Shown here piece after piece: positions 62,765 to 64,000 of a DNA stretch of 64,000 nucleotides. This DNA is from Pseudomonadota bacterium. Lineage in GTDB: Archaea; Thermoplasmatota; SW-10-69-26; JACQPN01; JAJPHT01. The DNA is taken from positions 1-64,000 of the forward strand of contig JAJPHT010000016.1 in the NCBI GenBank assembly GCA_021325135.1. Direction: 5' to 3'. Both the position numbers and the translations under genes were made by a program. The stretch's first letter is position 1. Every line of letters starts with the position of its first letter. Below the pieces are notes generated by a model. The model was not told the origin of the DNA, did not search any database, and saw only the letters and a program-made list of their open reading frames with translations.

Positions 62765-64000
62765 ATGCTGCTCCGGGAGCTGGCGATCCCCTTCGCCCCC
62801 ACCGAGACGTTCGCGCGCCTCTTCGCCGCCCACGGTGATGGCTTCCTCCTGGAGTCCGCCGAAGGGCCCGAGCGCCTCGCGCGCTACAGCATCCTGGGCC
62901 TCGACCCCGTGGGCAAGGTCGCCTTCGTCGACGGCAAGCTCCAGACCACCGGAGCCCTGGATGCGCCGCGCGACGGCGAGGCCCCCTTAGACTACCTGCG
63001 CCGCCTCCTGGCCCAGCACCCCACCACGGACCAGGGCTATCGTTACCTCGGCGGCCTCGTGGGGCACGTGGGCTACGAGTTCACGCAGCGCCTCGAACGC
63101 CTGGAGCCGCGCGCCTCGGGGCCCTTTCCCGAGCTGGAGTTCGGCCTCTACCTGGACGGCCTCGTCTTCGACCACCTCACCCGCCGCACCGTCTACTTCA
63201 GCCACGGCAAGGACCGCAGCGCCGAGCTCGCCGACGCCGCCAAGCGCGCCGTCGACCTCGCGCCGCCCCGCTTCGGCGCGCCGCGCGTGAACGTCGACTC
63301 GCCCCGCTTCGAGAAGATGGTGGAGCAGGCCAAGGCCCACGTCCACGAAGGCGACGCCTTCCAGGTCGTGCTGTCGCGCCGCTTCGACCTCGACGCCCAG
63401 GGCGACCTCCTCCCCTACTACGAGGCCCTCAAGCGCGCCAACCCCAGCCCCTACATGTATTACCTCAAGAGCGGCGAGCGCCGCCTCGTGGGCGCCAGCC
63501 CCGAGATGCTGGTGCGCGTGGACGGGGGCCGCGTGGAGACCTTCCCCATTGCGGGCACGCGCCCCATGGGGCGCAACCCCACCGAGACGGAGCGCCTCGC
63601 CGCCGAGCTCCTCGCCGACCCCAAGGAGGCCGCCGAGCACGCGATGCTCGTGGACCTCGCGCGCAATGACGTCGGCCGCGTCGCCGAGTACGGCACCGTC
63701 AAGGTCAGCGAGAGCCGCAAGATCGAGCGCTTCAGCCACGTCCAGCACATCGTCAGCAAGGTCGAAGGGCGCCTGCGCCCCGGCCGCGGCGCGCTGGACG
63801 CCTTCGCCGCCCTCTTCCCCGCCGGCACCGTCTCGGGCGCGCCCAAGGTGCGCGCCATGGAGATCATCCGCGACCTCGAGGCCGACGCGCGCGGCCCCTA
63901 CGCGGGCGCCGTGGGCTACTTCTCCTTCAACGGCAACGCCGACGCCGCCATCTGCATCCGCACGCTGGCCTCCTCCGGGCGGCGCGCCTCCGTGCAGGCC
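62765..64000 (+). CDS. trpE: Anthranilate synthase component I (partial, runs off the window)
   Basis: Manual translation: FLLESAEG..RLARYS, GDAFQVVLS, NPSPYMY, ASPE, PIAGT, EHAMLVDLARND, PAGTVSGAPK. Confidence 0.9.
   Translation, partial: MLLRELAIPFAPTETFARLFAAHGDGFLLESAEGPERLARYSILGLDPVGKVAFVDGKLQTTGALDAPRDGEAPLDYLRRLLAQHPTTDQGYRYLGGLVGHVGYEFTQRLERLEPRASGPFPELEFGLYLDGLVFDHLTRRTVYFSHGKDRSAELADAAKRAVDLAPPRFGAPRVNVDSPRFEKMVEQAKAHVHEGDAFQVVLSRRFDLDAQGDLLPYYEALKRANPSPYMYYLKSGERRLVGASPEMLVRVDGGRVETFPIAGTRPMGRNPTETERLAAELLADPKEAAEHAMLVDLARNDVGRVAEYGTVKVSESRKIERFSHVQHIVSKVEGRLRPGRGALDAFAALFPAGTVSGAPKVRAMEIIRDLEADARGPYAGAVGYFSFNGNADAAICIRTLASSGRRASVQA

Overview
High-GC archaeal DNA, most consistent with Thermoplasmatota (Cdc6/Orc1, mvk-ipk-fni, herA-mre11-rad50, DUF3198-like protein, PGF-CTERM-like surface proteins, GGTGA/GGAGG ribosome-binding sites). 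Positions ~1-17.6 kb look accessory: codons end in A/T more often, and there are repeats and a truncated gene. The main feature is a translationally coupled azole-RiPP cluster at ~2.6-12.4 kb. It encodes a wHTH regulator, TWO divergent proteasome-beta/Ntn-hydrolase-like proteins, an RRE-ThiF/E1 partner, YcaO, a SagB-type dehydrogenase, an ABC exporter, a 34-aa Cys/Trp/His-rich precursor missed by the ORF track (10380-10484, MQIEDLTTTSEAGALDGEKSCCHGWCWGWCHNAV) and a second ABC exporter. Two inverted ~81-bp MITE-like elements bracket the cluster. The rest of the window is mostly housekeeping and cell-surface genes. Oddities there include a circularly permuted cupredoxin, a stand-alone WYL-like gene between two long perfect palindromes, a family of octamer-periodic hairpins, a pseudokinase-STAND-His-kinase hybrid and a cyclophilin-FKBP lipoprotein. 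All calls come from reading motifs by eye; no database searches were run.
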